In this document: positions 19,195 to 29,586 of the stretch, one piece after another
How positions within the stretch are numbered: position 1 is the stretch's first letter
Layout: each line of letters starts with the position of its first letter
Source of the DNA: a virus
Lineage: Duplodnaviria > Heunggongvirae > Uroviricota > Caudoviricetes
DNA length: 35,867 nucleotides
Reading direction: 5' to 3' (one strand)
IMG/VR virus record: IMGVR_UViG_2648501437_000030
The notes under the pieces: generated by a model
Databases searched by the model: none
Told to the model about the DNA's origin: nothing
Seen by the model: the letters and a program-made list of their open reading frames with translations, nothing else
Position numbers and translations under genes: made by a program

Positions 19195-19736
19195 TGGGGA
19201 TTTCTGTACAGGTCAGCGGTGACCAGCGTCTGGAGGATATCCGCCGCGCCGTTGAAAAGCTGGCAGATGGTTCATTGCAGGCAGAGCTGCTGGAAAGCAT
19301 TGGTGCTGTGGTGGAATCACAGACCCGCCGCCGCATCATCGATGAGAAAACCAGTCCGGGTGGCGAACGCTGGCCGGACTGGTCTGACGGGTACAAAAAG
19401 CCCCGCCACGGCAACCAGAGTCTGCTGCGCGGTGAAGGCCATCTGCTGGAGAGTATCCAGTACATCGTGGAAAACCGCGTGGTGCGTATCGGTTCACCGC
19501 TGGATTATGCCCGCATCATGAATGACGGCTTTTCCGGCAGTGTGCCGGTCAGCGCCCACAAGCGGCTTATCTCGCAGTGTTTCGGGCGGGCGCTGAAATA
19601 TCCGGTCTGGCAGACCGTCGGCGCACATAACCGCATGATGAACATTCCGCAACGTGAATTTCTGGGGCTGTCTTCTGCCAACCAGCAGGAGCTGCAACAG
19701 GTTATCAGTCATTTCTGGAAGGAGGTTCTGCCATGA
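19191..19736 (+). CDS. Virion morphogenesis protein (Mu G-like)
   Basis: 181 aa, conserved position in the Mu head-tail joining block. Confidence 0.7.
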   Translation: MMGISVQVSGDQRLEDIRRAVEKLADGSLQAELLESIGAVVESQTRRRIIDEKTSPGGERWPDWSDGYKKPRHGNQSLLRGEGHLLESIQYIVENRVVRIGSPLDYARIMNDGFSGSVPVSAHKRLISQCFGRALKYPVWQTVGAHNRMMNIPQREFLGLSSANQQELQQVISHFWKEVLP

Positions 19737-20344
19737 CAGAACAACGCCCTGAACTGCGCACACCGGGGAGCACCGTTGCGGCCGCAGAGCGCATTGTGGC
19801 CTGGCTGAAAACAGCACTTCAGGGGAAAACCCCTGACCGGGCCGACGTGGTGGAGCGTCACATCGGCCAGTTCAACAGCCCGGAGGAAGTGAAACGCTAT
19901 CTGTCCGGTCGCACCGGCTGTATCCGTGTCGCGGCCCTGCGCATCCGGGATATCAACCCGCGCGGCGGGCTGTCCGGTCTGGTTACCTGGGTGGCTTACA
20001 TCATGGCGACGGATTCGTGGGGGTATTCCCGCGACGTGCGCTGTGAAGTGCTGGCCGGGAAGGTGATCAAACGCCTGTTGTCGTCGGATGCCACCGGGGG
20101 CATGGGGGCTGAACGCATGGCTGCTGATGTGCGGGCAGACAACATTTACTCCGCCAGCCTCGACGGGCTGGGCGTCACCATGTGGGCGGTGACGTGGGAG
20201 CAGGAATTCCGGCTGGATGAAGAGATTGATCTCGCCGCGCTCCCGGACTTCCTGCGCCTCGGGGCAACGCTGCGCTGCGGTGAACACACTGAAATTAACG
20301 ACGTGATCCATGTACGGGGTGACGATGGAACAGAAACTGATTAA
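19733..20344 (+). CDS. Mu gp37-like protein
   Basis: 203 aa, overlapping starts in operon. Confidence 0.6.
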   Translation: MTEQRPELRTPGSTVAAAERIVAWLKTALQGKTPDRADVVERHIGQFNSPEEVKRYLSGRTGCIRVAALRIRDINPRGGLSGLVTWVAYIMATDSWGYSRDVRCEVLAGKVIKRLLSSDATGGMGAERMAADVRADNIYSASLDGLGVTMWAVTWEQEFRLDEEIDLAALPDFLRLGATLRCGEHTEINDVIHVRGDDGTETD

Positions 20345-20510
20345 GCCAGCGCGGGAAAACGTCCGTGTCCGTAAACCGGATGGCGCGCATTTATCCCCGG
20401 AAGGGGAACGTCTCGACGTCTGCGCTTACTGGCTGCGCCGTGAAGCCGAGGGAGATGTGGAAATAACCACACTTCCGAAAAATAACAACAAAACCAGAGG
20501 GAAAAAATAA
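20310..20510 (+). CDS. Mu gp38-like small protein
   Basis: 66 aa ORF just before the sheath gene; true start may be ATG 20325. Confidence 0.5.
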   Translation: MYGVTMEQKLIKPARENVRVRKPDGAHLSPEGERLDVCAYWLRREAEGDVEITTLPKNNNKTRGKK

Positions 20511-21985
20511 TGTCGCTGGGTTCAATTCCTGATGATATCCGCGTCCCGCTTGTCTGGATCGATATCGACAATTCTCAGGCGCTGGATGGTGCATCCGCGC
20601 AAAGCCGAAAAATTCTGGTCATGGGCCATGCGGTATCGTCCGGCAGCGCAGACGCCCTGTCACTGACCCGCATCACCAGTGACAGCCAGGCAGACCAGCT
20701 TTATGGCAAAGGGTCGATGCTGGCTGAAATGCTCAAAATGCTGCGTCGTGCCAACACGTATACGGAAACCTGGGCAATGCCGGTTGCCGCGCCTGAAGGC
20801 GCTGCCGCAAAAGCCACGCTGACCGTGCTGGGGACAGCAACAGAGGCCGGAACGGTGGCACTGCTGATTAACGGTGTGTCCGTTCAGGTGAGCGTGAGCG
20901 CCGGGGCTACGAAGGAAAACATTGCAAAAGCCATTGCTGATGCGGTGACGAAAAAGCCAGCCACGCAGGTGGCCGCTGCGGTGAAAGACGATGCTACAGA
21001 TACCGTGGAGCTGACCGTGAACTGGCACGGCGTTACCGGCAACGGTGCCGACGTTCGCCTGAACTACTACACCGGTGAAGCCTTCCCGGCAGGTGTGAAG
21101 GTGACTGCCACCGCGTTTACCGGCGGCACCGGGACACCGGAAATGGCAGAGGCCGTTGCGGCCATCGGCCCGGAGTGGTTTACCGATATCATCGCCCCGT
21201 TCACCGACACGAAAAGCCTGAACACCCTGCGTGATGAACTGCTGAACCGCTGGGGGCCGCTCAAAATGATGGAGGCGCAGCTGTGGACGGCGTTTCGTGG
21301 CACACACGGCGAGACAGGCACGTTTGGTGAAACCCGCAATGACTGGCTGATTAGCTGTATCGGCACCAACCTGTCACCGCACCCGGCGTGGATGTGGGCC
21401 GCGTCATACGGCGCAACGGCAGCGTATCACCTTGCCATTGACCCGGCGCGTCCGCTTCAGACGCTGGTCCTGACCGGCATTCTGCCGCCTGCGCGTAATG
21501 TTCGCTGGGATATGCCGGAACGTAACCTGCTGCTGCATGACGGCATTGCCACGCACATGGTGGACGCCGGGGATAACGTCTGCATCGAGCGTGAAATCAC
21601 CATGTACCGGGTTAACCAGTACGGTGATGCGGATGTGTCGTACCTGGATGTGCAGTCCCCCGCCACGCTGGGCCGTATCCGTTACATCATCAAAAACCGT
21701 TTCACGAACCGTTATCCGCGCCACAAGCTGGCAGATGATGACGTGCTGGACTCACTGGATGCGGGGCAACCGGTGATGACGCCGAAGCTGTGCACCGCAG
21801 AGCTGCTGGATATCTGCCAGACCGAACTTATTCCTGCGGGCCTTGTGGAGAACTTCAGCGATTACAAGGACACGCTTCAGGTGACACGCGACAGCAGTGA
21901 TAAAAACCGCCTGAACTTTATCTGCCACCCGAATCTGGTGAACCAGCTGCGTGTGCTGGCAGGCCTGATTCAGTTCAAACTTTAA
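20510..21985 (+). CDS. Contractile tail sheath protein (Mu L-like)
   Basis: 491 aa, followed by tube, chaperone and tape-measure genes. Confidence 0.85.
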   Translation: MSLGSIPDDIRVPLVWIDIDNSQALDGASAQSRKILVMGHAVSSGSADALSLTRITSDSQADQLYGKGSMLAEMLKMLRRANTYTETWAMPVAAPEGAAAKATLTVLGTATEAGTVALLINGVSVQVSVSAGATKENIAKAIADAVTKKPATQVAAAVKDDATDTVELTVNWHGVTGNGADVRLNYYTGEAFPAGVKVTATAFTGGTGTPEMAEAVAAIGPEWFTDIIAPFTDTKSLNTLRDELLNRWGPLKMMEAQLWTAFRGTHGETGTFGETRNDWLISCIGTNLSPHPAWMWAASYGATAAYHLAIDPARPLQTLVLTGILPPARNVRWDMPERNLLLHDGIATHMVDAGDNVCIEREITMYRVNQYGDADVSYLDVQSPATLGRIRYIIKNRFTNRYPRHKLADDDVLDSLDAGQPVMTPKLCTAELLDICQTELIPAGLVENFSDYKDTLQVTRDSSDKNRLNFICHPNLVNQLRVLAGLIQFKL

Positions 21986-21994
21986 GGGGGCCGC

Positions 21995-22351
21995 ATGGCA
22001 AAAATTCTTGGCATGGCGACCATTCGCGTGAATGGCCGCGAAATTAAAACCGAGGGGAAATCCACGCTGAATCCGGGCGGCTTCAGTCGCACCCAGCATA
22101 TGGGCGGCGGCAAGGTCTGGGGTATCTCCAGCAAGATGGCCTCGCCGTCCATCAAGGTGACCATCGCAGCGGCAGCGGATATGGACGTGATTGAAATCAG
22201 CAGCTGGGAAGACGTCACGGTGATGTTCTACGGCGACAACGGCCTGAACTACATGATGACGGGGTCCGCCACGGATAACCCGGCGGAGCTGGACGAGGAT
22301 TCCGGCACCATCAGTGCGAACTTTATCGGTGAAAAATGCGTGAAGGTGTGA
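21995..22351 (+). CDS. Tail tube protein (Mu M-like)
   Basis: 118 aa directly after the sheath. Confidence 0.8.
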   Translation: MAKILGMATIRVNGREIKTEGKSTLNPGGFSRTQHMGGGKVWGISSKMASPSIKVTIAAAADMDVIEISSWEDVTVMFYGDNGLNYMMTGSATDNPAELDEDSGTISANFIGEKCVKV

Positions 22352-22352
22352 C

Positions 22353-22748
22353 ATGGCTGAAATGGAATTTGAACTGAAACACGGGCTTCTGACCGGCAAA
22401 GGCACGGCAGATGAAACCCTGCATAAAACCGTGAAGCTGCGCGAACTGACCGCCAGTGATGTGATTGATGCACAACTGGCCGCAGAACGCGTCGTCATGG
22501 GCGGGAACGGAAAGGCGGTGGCCTACTGCTCTGAAGTGCTGATGGGGCTGGAGATGATGCGCCGTCAGGTTGCGGCCATCGGCAGCATTCCCGGCCCGCT
22601 GGACATGAAACAGCTGCGAATGCTCCACCCGGCAGACCTTGAGCTTATCAGCACGAAAGCCGCTGCGCTGGATGACATGCTTGAGGAGGTGGCAACGCGG
22701 GGGCGACCTGATGCCGCTGGCGGCGGCACTGATGAACCTGCTGGTTAA
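22353..22748 (+). CDS. Tail assembly chaperone (G-like)
   Basis: 131 aa between tube and tape measure; overlapped by an out-of-frame ORF running to the tape-measure start. Confidence 0.65.
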   Translation: MAEMEFELKHGLLTGKGTADETLHKTVKLRELTASDVIDAQLAAERVVMGGNGKAVAYCSEVLMGLEMMRRQVAAIGSIPGPLDMKQLRMLHPADLELISTKAAALDDMLEEVATRGRPDAAGGGTDEPAG

Positions 22749-22848
22749 CCTGTCCCAGCGATTCAGCATTCAGTACCTGGAACAGCTGCCCCTGCGGCAG
22801 CTGTTCCGCCTGATAAAGCAACTGGAGAAACAGCATGGCAACAGGTAA
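22639..22848 (+). CDS. Possible frameshift extension of the tail assembly chaperone (GT-like)
   Basis: 69-aa ORF in the +1 frame relative to 22353..22748, ending at the tape-measure start; this arrangement is conserved in long-tailed phages. Confidence 0.4.
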   Translation: MSLSARKPLRWMTCLRRWQRGGDLMPLAAALMNLLVNLSQRFSIQYLEQLPLRQLFRLIKQLEKQHGNR

Positions 22849-24628
22849 CCGTCTCAGCACGGAAATCATGATCAACCTTGCCGGGAACCTGACCGCCAAA
22901 GCCCGGCAGTACGGCGCAAACATGTCGCAGTTCGCCCGGAATCATCAGAAGGCCATGCGCCTTGTCAAAGCCACAACGGAGGCCGCAGGACGCGGCCTTG
23001 ATACGCTGGGTAACCGCTACACGGCGATGATTGCCGGGCTTGGCAGTAGTCTTACCATCAAACAGGTTGCCGATTTTGATGCGCAGATGCGCCGGATGGG
23101 TACGGATGCCCAGTTAACCACTGAACAGGTAAAGACGCTTCACGACAAAATCAGGGATGTATCAAACCAGAAAGATATTCGTATTGATGCTTCTGCGCTT
23201 GGTCAGGGGGCCAGCGAACTTCTGGGGAAAACCGGTGATTATCAGTATGTGGTGGACAACCTCCGCAACATGGGGTTGATGATGCAGGCGTTCGGTGTTG
23301 ACGGACAGGTTGCAGCCGGGCTGATGGCCCAGTTCTGGGAAAAAAACGTCCGGGGTGCTGATGCGGTCAATAACATGATGGACAGGCTGTATTCGCAGTT
23401 CGCAGTGGGGTCTGTAAGCGTTGCCGATGTTGCCCGCGCTGCCCCGAAACTGTTTTCCATCATTCAGGATCAGGGACCGGAAGCCATTGCCCAGATGGGG
23501 GCATTTGCTCAGGTGTTCGCCAAAAACAAAGGCAGCATTGATGAGACGGTAACCAGTATTCAGGCCATGTATGCTTCCCTGTCGGACAAAAAGAACATCG
23601 AGTTCCTGAAAAAAAACGGCATTGACGTTTTTGTCAAAGGCACAAAAGACATCAAAAAGCCCTATGAACTGATGATGGAAATCCTTAAACGGGCCAAATA
23701 CGACCCGCTGAAACTTCAGGATGTGTTTGATCTGACCGGAATGCAGGGGATTAAGGCGCTGCTTAACCCTGAAAACCGGCAACTGATGGATCAAATGATT
23801 TACGGCACGATTGAGCTGGGTTCCACGCAAAAGGCCGCACAGACCAATGCCGAAGGCTTTAATGCCGCAATACAGTCACTGAATAACGAATGGCAACGTT
23901 TTGCTGAAGGACAACTGGCAAAGCCCGTTCAGGACCTGGCAGATGCGCTCAACAGCGTGGACCAGAACACTGTCCAGAACTGGTTGCAGGTCGGTAAATA
24001 TATGGCGATTGCGCTGGGTGGCATTATCGCCATCAGAAAGACGTATCAGTTCGGTAAAACCATCCACGACATAATGAATCCCAAAGGGAAAGGCAAAGGG
24101 ATACCCGGTGGCATCACGGATGTTTTCGGCTCCGGTGTGATGCCGGTTTATGTGGTTAATATGGGTAGTGGCGGGATGAATGGTAATACCGGCGGTCTGC
24201 CGGATGCACCGGATTCATCGCGCAATCCCCGTAAATCCCGCAACTCACGTGGACCAAAGACGCCAGCGCTGGTTACACCACAAACCGCATCAGGATTTAA
24301 TCTCCTTGATATGGTGCTCTCGGCTTTCCCAAAGAATAAAGAGGAAGCAGATGCGTTAATCGCACGGGTTCAGGAAAACAACAACCGCCCGACGGTATGG
24401 ACGGATATCAAGAACTGGTTTAACTCTCTGGAGAAAAAGAACATTGCCGACCCGCGACCGTGGGCAGGTATGCAACCCACACAGAATTATCCTTTCCTTC
24501 CGCAGCAATTGCAGGGGGAAATCCGTGTGGTGGTGGAAGGTGACGCCCGCGTGAAAAGCGTCAGAGTGGATCAACCCGGCGTCAGACTCAGTGCGCAGGC
24601 TGGCGTCACCAGCGTGGAGCAAGGGTAA
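22835..24628 (+). CDS. Tail tape measure protein
   Basis: 597 aa, helical N-terminal part, Gly-rich stretch; canonical position. Confidence 0.8.
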   Translation: MATGNRLSTEIMINLAGNLTAKARQYGANMSQFARNHQKAMRLVKATTEAAGRGLDTLGNRYTAMIAGLGSSLTIKQVADFDAQMRRMGTDAQLTTEQVKTLHDKIRDVSNQKDIRIDASALGQGASELLGKTGDYQYVVDNLRNMGLMMQAFGVDGQVAAGLMAQFWEKNVRGADAVNNMMDRLYSQFAVGSVSVADVARAAPKLFSIIQDQGPEAIAQMGAFAQVFAKNKGSIDETVTSIQAMYASLSDKKNIEFLKKNGIDVFVKGTKDIKKPYELMMEILKRAKYDPLKLQDVFDLTGMQGIKALLNPENRQLMDQMIYGTIELGSTQKAAQTNAEGFNAAIQSLNNEWQRFAEGQLAKPVQDLADALNSVDQNTVQNWLQVGKYMAIALGGIIAIRKTYQFGKTIHDIMNPKGKGKGIPGGITDVFGSGVMPVYVVNMGSGGMNGNTGGLPDAPDSSRNPRKSRNSRGPKTPALVTPQTASGFNLLDMVLSAFPKNKEEADALIARVQENNNRPTVWTDIKNWFNSLEKKNIADPRPWAGMQPTQNYPFLPQQLQGEIRVVVEGDARVKSVRVDQPGVRLSAQAGVTSVEQG

Positions 24629-25902
24629 TGACAACAGGCAAAGGCAAATGGGACGGGCTGCGCGACGCCTCGTTTCGCGGTGTCCCCTTCTTTCTGGTGG
24701 ATACAGAAGGCACCGGTGGCCGCAGGGCTATTCCCCGTGCTTACCCCCGGCGTGAAACCGCCTGGACGGATGATAACGGGGCCGTTCCGGGACAACAGCA
24801 GATTAACGCAAAGCTGCCAGGTAAAAACTTCCGGGATGATTTAAACGCCCTTTTAGACGCGCTCAATACCCCCGGCCCCGGCGAGCTTATCCACCCGTGG
24901 TTCGGGATACAGACCGTACAGGTTGGCAAGGTCACCCATCGCCTCAGCACGGAGGAAGACGGCATTGCGTATGTCACTTTTGAAGTGTTTGAGGCAGGCG
25001 AGCGCCTGTTCCCGTCTGCGGCGGATAACACGCAGCAGGAAGTGCTGACGGGTATTGATGCGGTAAAAGCGGCCATTGACGATGGCGACTGGTTCGGCGC
25101 ACTTGACGGGCTGGGTGAGATGGCCGACAGCTTTCTGGCCGATATGGAACATCTTGTGGCTAACCTGCCCACGCTACCGGCAGCACTGAATCAGTGGATG
25201 GACAGGCTGAACCATTTTAAGGAGATGGCCGGAACCATTATTGCCACGCCGGGGCGTCTGGTCAGTGAGCTGTCAACGCTGGTTAATGGCATTACAGAGC
25301 TTGTAACAGAACCGCCCGAAGCACTGGCGGTTTACACGACATTACGCAACCAGTGGGCCGGAGAACGCGCCCGACAGGTTGCCACCGGCGCACTGCCGGA
25401 TGATATCACCGTGAAGCCCGGCAGCGTGGCAGACGGCGAAATTGGCTTTGCTATCGGGCTGTCACCGGATTATCAGCCGGTATCTGTCAGCCTGCAGAAG
25501 AACATTGACGACTTCCGCCAGGTGGTTGTGCTGGAAACCCTGCTGGGACAGGCAAATGCCGTGGCCTCGATGACGTTCGATACCAGTGATGCGGCATTAT
25601 CTGCCGGTGACACGCTGGCGGCTGAACTGCATGAGCAGGCGGTGGCAGCGGTGGAAAATAACCAGCGGGCATTGTGGCGAACGCTACGCGATTTACGGCA
25701 GGCCGTGATTACGGATGCCCGCGAGCGTGCCGCCCGTCTGCCGGAAACCCGGCAGGTGACGTTGACCACAACCACATCTGCCGCATTGCTGGCATGGCGC
25801 GAACATGGTGACACAAGCCGACGGGATGAAATCGTGCAGCGTAACCGCCTGCGCCATCCGTCATTCATACTGCCAACGCAACCTGTGGAGATTACCGACT
25901 GA
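24628..25902 (+). CDS. DNA circularization protein (Mu N-like)
   Basis: 424 aa; follows the tape measure as in Mu. Confidence 0.8.
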   Translation: MTTGKGKWDGLRDASFRGVPFFLVDTEGTGGRRAIPRAYPRRETAWTDDNGAVPGQQQINAKLPGKNFRDDLNALLDALNTPGPGELIHPWFGIQTVQVGKVTHRLSTEEDGIAYVTFEVFEAGERLFPSAADNTQQEVLTGIDAVKAAIDDGDWFGALDGLGEMADSFLADMEHLVANLPTLPAALNQWMDRLNHFKEMAGTIIATPGRLVSELSTLVNGITELVTEPPEALAVYTTLRNQWAGERARQVATGALPDDITVKPGSVADGEIGFAIGLSPDYQPVSVSLQKNIDDFRQVVVLETLLGQANAVASMTFDTSDAALSAGDTLAAELHEQAVAAVENNQRALWRTLRDLRQAVITDARERAARLPETRQVTLTTTTSAALLAWREHGDTSRRDEIVQRNRLRHPSFILPTQPVEITD

Positions 25903-26972
25903 TGGAATCCGTGATTCTTACCGTTGACGGCAAACTGTGGGAAGGCTGGACGGAAATGTCCGTCAGTCGTTCCCTGAAGGCGATTGCCGGTGAGTTTGAT
26001 CTCAGTGTGACAACCCGCTGGTCGGCAGCGGCACCGCGCGTAATTCGTGAGGGGCAACCCTGCACGGTCAGGCTGGGCGCGGATACCGTGCTGACGGGGT
26101 ATATCGATGATTTTATCCCCAGCTATGACGCAGATAACGTGGAGATTCGCGTCATGGGGCGCGACAAAACCGGCGACCTGGTTGACTGCTCTGTGGTGCA
26201 TTCGTCCGGGAAATGGAAAGGTGTGCGGCTTGAACAGGTGGCGGCTGATGTCTGCCGCCCGTTCGGGATAACCGTCATCACGGAAACCCCGACCGGGGAG
26301 GCGTTTGCGTCCGTCGTTCTGGAACAGGGTGAAACGGGTTTTGAACTGCTCGACCGGCTGGCAAAACAGCGCGGCGTTCTGCTGACGTCTGACGGGGCGG
26401 GTAACCTGATTATCACCCGCGCCTCTTCCATTCGCGCGGGTGTGTCACTGGTGCTGGGGAAAAATATCCTCGCAGCCCGTGGGCGCTTCAGCTGGCGGGA
26501 GCGTAACAGCCAGTACATCATCAAGGGTACCACCAGTGCCGGTGGCAAACTGTGGGACAGCCAGCCTGCCTCGATGGTGGGCGGTCGCCAGTACATCACC
26601 GAAGACCCGGAAATTAACCGTTACCGCCCGCGCATTCTGGTCAATGAAGACAGCCTGACCGTGGGCGGGGCCAGCATTCGCGGGGAATGGTACAAAGCCC
26701 GGATGCTGGGGGAATCCCGCACGACGGAAATCACGGTGGCAGGCTGGCGCGAACAGGGCGACAGCGGCCCGTTGTGGCAGACCAACCGCCTTGTCGATAT
26801 CGACGACAGCATTCAGAACCTGAAAACCACCTGGCTGATATCCGGGGTGACCTGGACGGATGGCGCACAGGGACGGATGACGGTTCTGGCGCTGGTTCCG
26901 CCAGAATCACTGGACATGCCGGAAATGAAAGCGAAGACGAAGAAAACAAAGGCGGTGGCCACATGGGATTAA
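25902..26972 (+). CDS. Baseplate/tail protein (Mu P-like)
   Basis: 356 aa, conserved order. Confidence 0.8.
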   Translation: MESVILTVDGKLWEGWTEMSVSRSLKAIAGEFDLSVTTRWSAAAPRVIREGQPCTVRLGADTVLTGYIDDFIPSYDADNVEIRVMGRDKTGDLVDCSVVHSSGKWKGVRLEQVAADVCRPFGITVITETPTGEAFASVVLEQGETGFELLDRLAKQRGVLLTSDGAGNLIITRASSIRAGVSLVLGKNILAARGRFSWRERNSQYIIKGTTSAGGKLWDSQPASMVGGRQYITEDPEINRYRPRILVNEDSLTVGGASIRGEWYKARMLGESRTTEITVAGWREQGDSGPLWQTNRLVDIDDSIQNLKTTWLISGVTWTDGAQGRMTVLALVPPESLDMPEMKAKTKKTKAVATWD

Positions 26973-27499
26973 ACGCCATTGCCCGCCGTCTGCGGCTGCT
27001 GGTTGATCGTGCCGTTGTCCGCATGGTGTCTGACAGTCTGGAGCGGCAGAACCTGCAAATCCAGACGCTGGCAGATGCCACTGACGACGACGTGGAACGC
27101 TTCCAGAACTACGGGTTTACTTCCGTTCCGCCGGAAGGTTCTGAAGCCATTGTGCTGGCCGTTGGCGGACGGCGTGACGGGCTGGTTGCCATCGCGGTGG
27201 AGGACAAGCGATGTCGCCCGAAAGGACTGTCCCCCGGCGATGTCCGGCTTTATCACCGGGACGGCAAATCACACATCACCCTGAAGGAAAACGGCGTCAT
27301 TGAAATCACAGGAGAACAATTAAACGTTTCAGGGAAAACGGTAAATCTCACCGCCGACGAATTGCTGAATATTATCGGTAAACAAATGAAATTCGTCGGT
27401 CCCTGTGAATTTACTGAAGATGTCAGAATCAACGGTAAATCATTCATCGAACACATTCATAAGGACGGCGACAATGAGAATACATCACCGCCCGTATGA
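26963..27499 (+). CDS. Baseplate assembly/spike protein (Mu gp45-like)
   Basis: 178 aa from ATG 26963 (MGLNAIARRL...). Confidence 0.75.
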   Translation: MGLNAIARRLRLLVDRAVVRMVSDSLERQNLQIQTLADATDDDVERFQNYGFTSVPPEGSEAIVLAVGGRRDGLVAIAVEDKRCRPKGLSPGDVRLYHRDGKSHITLKENGVIEITGEQLNVSGKTVNLTADELLNIIGKQMKFVGPCEFTEDVRINGKSFIEHIHKDGDNENTSPPV

Positions 27500-27948
27500 C
27501 GACAGGAATCCACTGGAATAACATGCTCTCACGGGGTGACATCACCGTCACCCATAACGGCCTCTCGCTGGATGAGGGGCTGGTCACTCAGGTTCTTATC
27601 TGCCTTTTCACCGATGCCCGTGCTGATGACGATGATGTCATCCCTGATGGTTCCGGCGACCCGCGCGGCTGGCCGGGCGACACATACAGCGATTTTTCGT
27701 GGGGTTCCCGCCTGTGGCTGCTTGAACGCGAAAAGCTGACGGAAGATGTCCGCCTGCGCGTGGAGGATTACGCGCGACTGTCCATGCAACCGCTGCTGCG
27801 GGCCGGTTACGCCCGTAACGCCACCGTCACGGCCAGAATCATCGTCCCTGACCGTATTGCCTTTCAGGTGGTGTTAACCCGCCCGGACAAAACCACGCTC
27901 ACAATCGAAATCACCCGCCGATGGGAGGCCACCATTAATGCCGTATGA
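27496..27948 (+). CDS. Baseplate protein (GPW/gp25-like, Mu gp46-like)
   Basis: 150 aa; size and position typical of this baseplate component. Confidence 0.75.
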   Translation: MTTGIHWNNMLSRGDITVTHNGLSLDEGLVTQVLICLFTDARADDDDVIPDGSGDPRGWPGDTYSDFSWGSRLWLLEREKLTEDVRLRVEDYARLSMQPLLRAGYARNATVTARIIVPDRIAFQVVLTRPDKTTLTIEITRRWEATINAV

Positions 27949-29014
27949 AATTCCCACGCTGGGCAAACTGATTGCCGACGGCGAAAAAGATATTGCGTAT
28001 GAACTCGGCCTGCAAAAGCTGCCGCCTGTCAGTGTTGAGCAGGCGCTGAATGTGTCATTCAGCAGTCAGGTCCGGGATTTATACGACCATCAGAGCTGGA
28101 TCAAGGACCAGATAATTCCGTCCACTACGTCTGATGATGAAACCATTATCAAAACAGCAACGTATGAAGGGGTTATCCGCAAGCAGGCAACCTTTGCCAG
28201 CGGGCCGGTGACCTTCACCAGTCAGTCCCCCATTCCGGCAGAAACCCTGATGCAGTCCGACACGAATCAGGTGTATCAGGTACTCACATCCGGCGAGGTA
28301 CAGGACGGCGAGGTCACTGTCATCGTGCAGGCTGAAGAAGCCGGTGTGGCGGGCAATCTTGCTGCCGGTGCCGTGCTGACCCTGCTGTCCCCGTTGCCCG
28401 GAACGGGCAGCACAGGCGCGGTGACTGAAAGTGGCATCACCGGTGGCGCAGACATCGAATCCATCGCAGAGCTGCTGGACCGTCTGCTGTATGTGCGCCG
28501 CAATCCCCCGGTGGGCGGTGCACTGCATGATTACGTCATCTGGGCGCGTGAAGTGCCGGGTGTCAGCCGCGCGTGGGCGTGGGATGCGTGGCACGGCCCC
28601 GGCACGGTCGGGCTGGCATGGCTTTATGATGACCGTGAAGACATTATCCCCACACGGGACGACCTGAAGACAATGGAGCAGTATCTGTTCTGCCACAAAC
28701 ACCCGGCCACCGGCGTGATGGTAGGTAAACCGGGCGGCATCGAGGTCTGGCCGGTGCAGGTCAGGCTGAAGAAGCTCGACCTGTCCATCCGTCTGACACC
28801 GGACAGCCAGGCGAACAGGAACGCCGTCCGGGCAAACCTGACCGCATTACAGAAAACGCTGGCCCCCGGTCAGCTGCTGCCGGTGTCCTCGCTGCGCACG
28901 GCCATCGGTATGACGTCCGGTATCACGGATTACTTCCTGAACATCGGGGAAGACACCACCAGTGATGTGGATGAGCTTATCACCATCGGGGAGGTGACAT
29001 GGCTCACAGCGTGA
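27938..29014 (+). CDS. Baseplate J-like protein (Mu gp47-like)
   Basis: 358 aa, conserved position. Confidence 0.8.
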   Translation: MPYEIPTLGKLIADGEKDIAYELGLQKLPPVSVEQALNVSFSSQVRDLYDHQSWIKDQIIPSTTSDDETIIKTATYEGVIRKQATFASGPVTFTSQSPIPAETLMQSDTNQVYQVLTSGEVQDGEVTVIVQAEEAGVAGNLAAGAVLTLLSPLPGTGSTGAVTESGITGGADIESIAELLDRLLYVRRNPPVGGALHDYVIWAREVPGVSRAWAWDAWHGPGTVGLAWLYDDREDIIPTRDDLKTMEQYLFCHKHPATGVMVGKPGGIEVWPVQVRLKKLDLSIRLTPDSQANRNAVRANLTALQKTLAPGQLLPVSSLRTAIGMTSGITDYFLNIGEDTTSDVDELITIGEVTWLTA

Positions 29015-29583
29015 CGGAATGGCTGACCGCACTGCAACAGGTCATGCCACGGGGTAAGGCATGGCCGCGTGATAACGACACGGATTTAAACCGTTTTTTA
29101 AGGGCGCTTGCAGAGCGTTTAACCCGCGTTGAATACGACGCCTCGCGTCTGCATGTGGAGATGCGACCGGAAACCACGCTCCAGCTGCTGCCGGAGTGGG
29201 AGCAATATCTGGCGCTGCCGGAATGCGGAATTGCCGCCACCACAACGGAAGCCCGCCGCCGGGCCGTGGTGGAGAAATACCGCCGCAAAGGCGGGCTGGC
29301 AACCTGGCAGATTGAAGCCGCAGCGGCGGCGCTGGGCTTCACCATTAAGGTGACGGCCGTTCTGCCGCACCACTGCCTGCGTGACTGCATGTACCCGCTG
29401 CATCCGGCACGGTATCGCTGGCTGCTGAAAGTGGAAGTCCCGGACAACGATGCCGGGCGGTTTACCTGTATTGATGACGTTATGACGCCATTAATCAGCG
29501 AACGGACCCGAGAGCTGGAATGCCTGCTGAAGCATTACCGGCTGGCGGGTACGGAATATGAATATTATTACACCGGAGAATAA
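28999..29583 (+). CDS. Tail protein (Mu gp48-like)
   Basis: 194 aa, between J-like baseplate gene and tail fibre gene. Confidence 0.7.
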   Translation: MAHSVTEWLTALQQVMPRGKAWPRDNDTDLNRFLRALAERLTRVEYDASRLHVEMRPETTLQLLPEWEQYLALPECGIAATTTEARRRAVVEKYRRKGGLATWQIEAAAAALGFTIKVTAVLPHHCLRDCMYPLHPARYRWLLKVEVPDNDAGRFTCIDDVMTPLISERTRELECLLKHYRLAGTEYEYYYTGE

Positions 29584-29586
29584 TTT

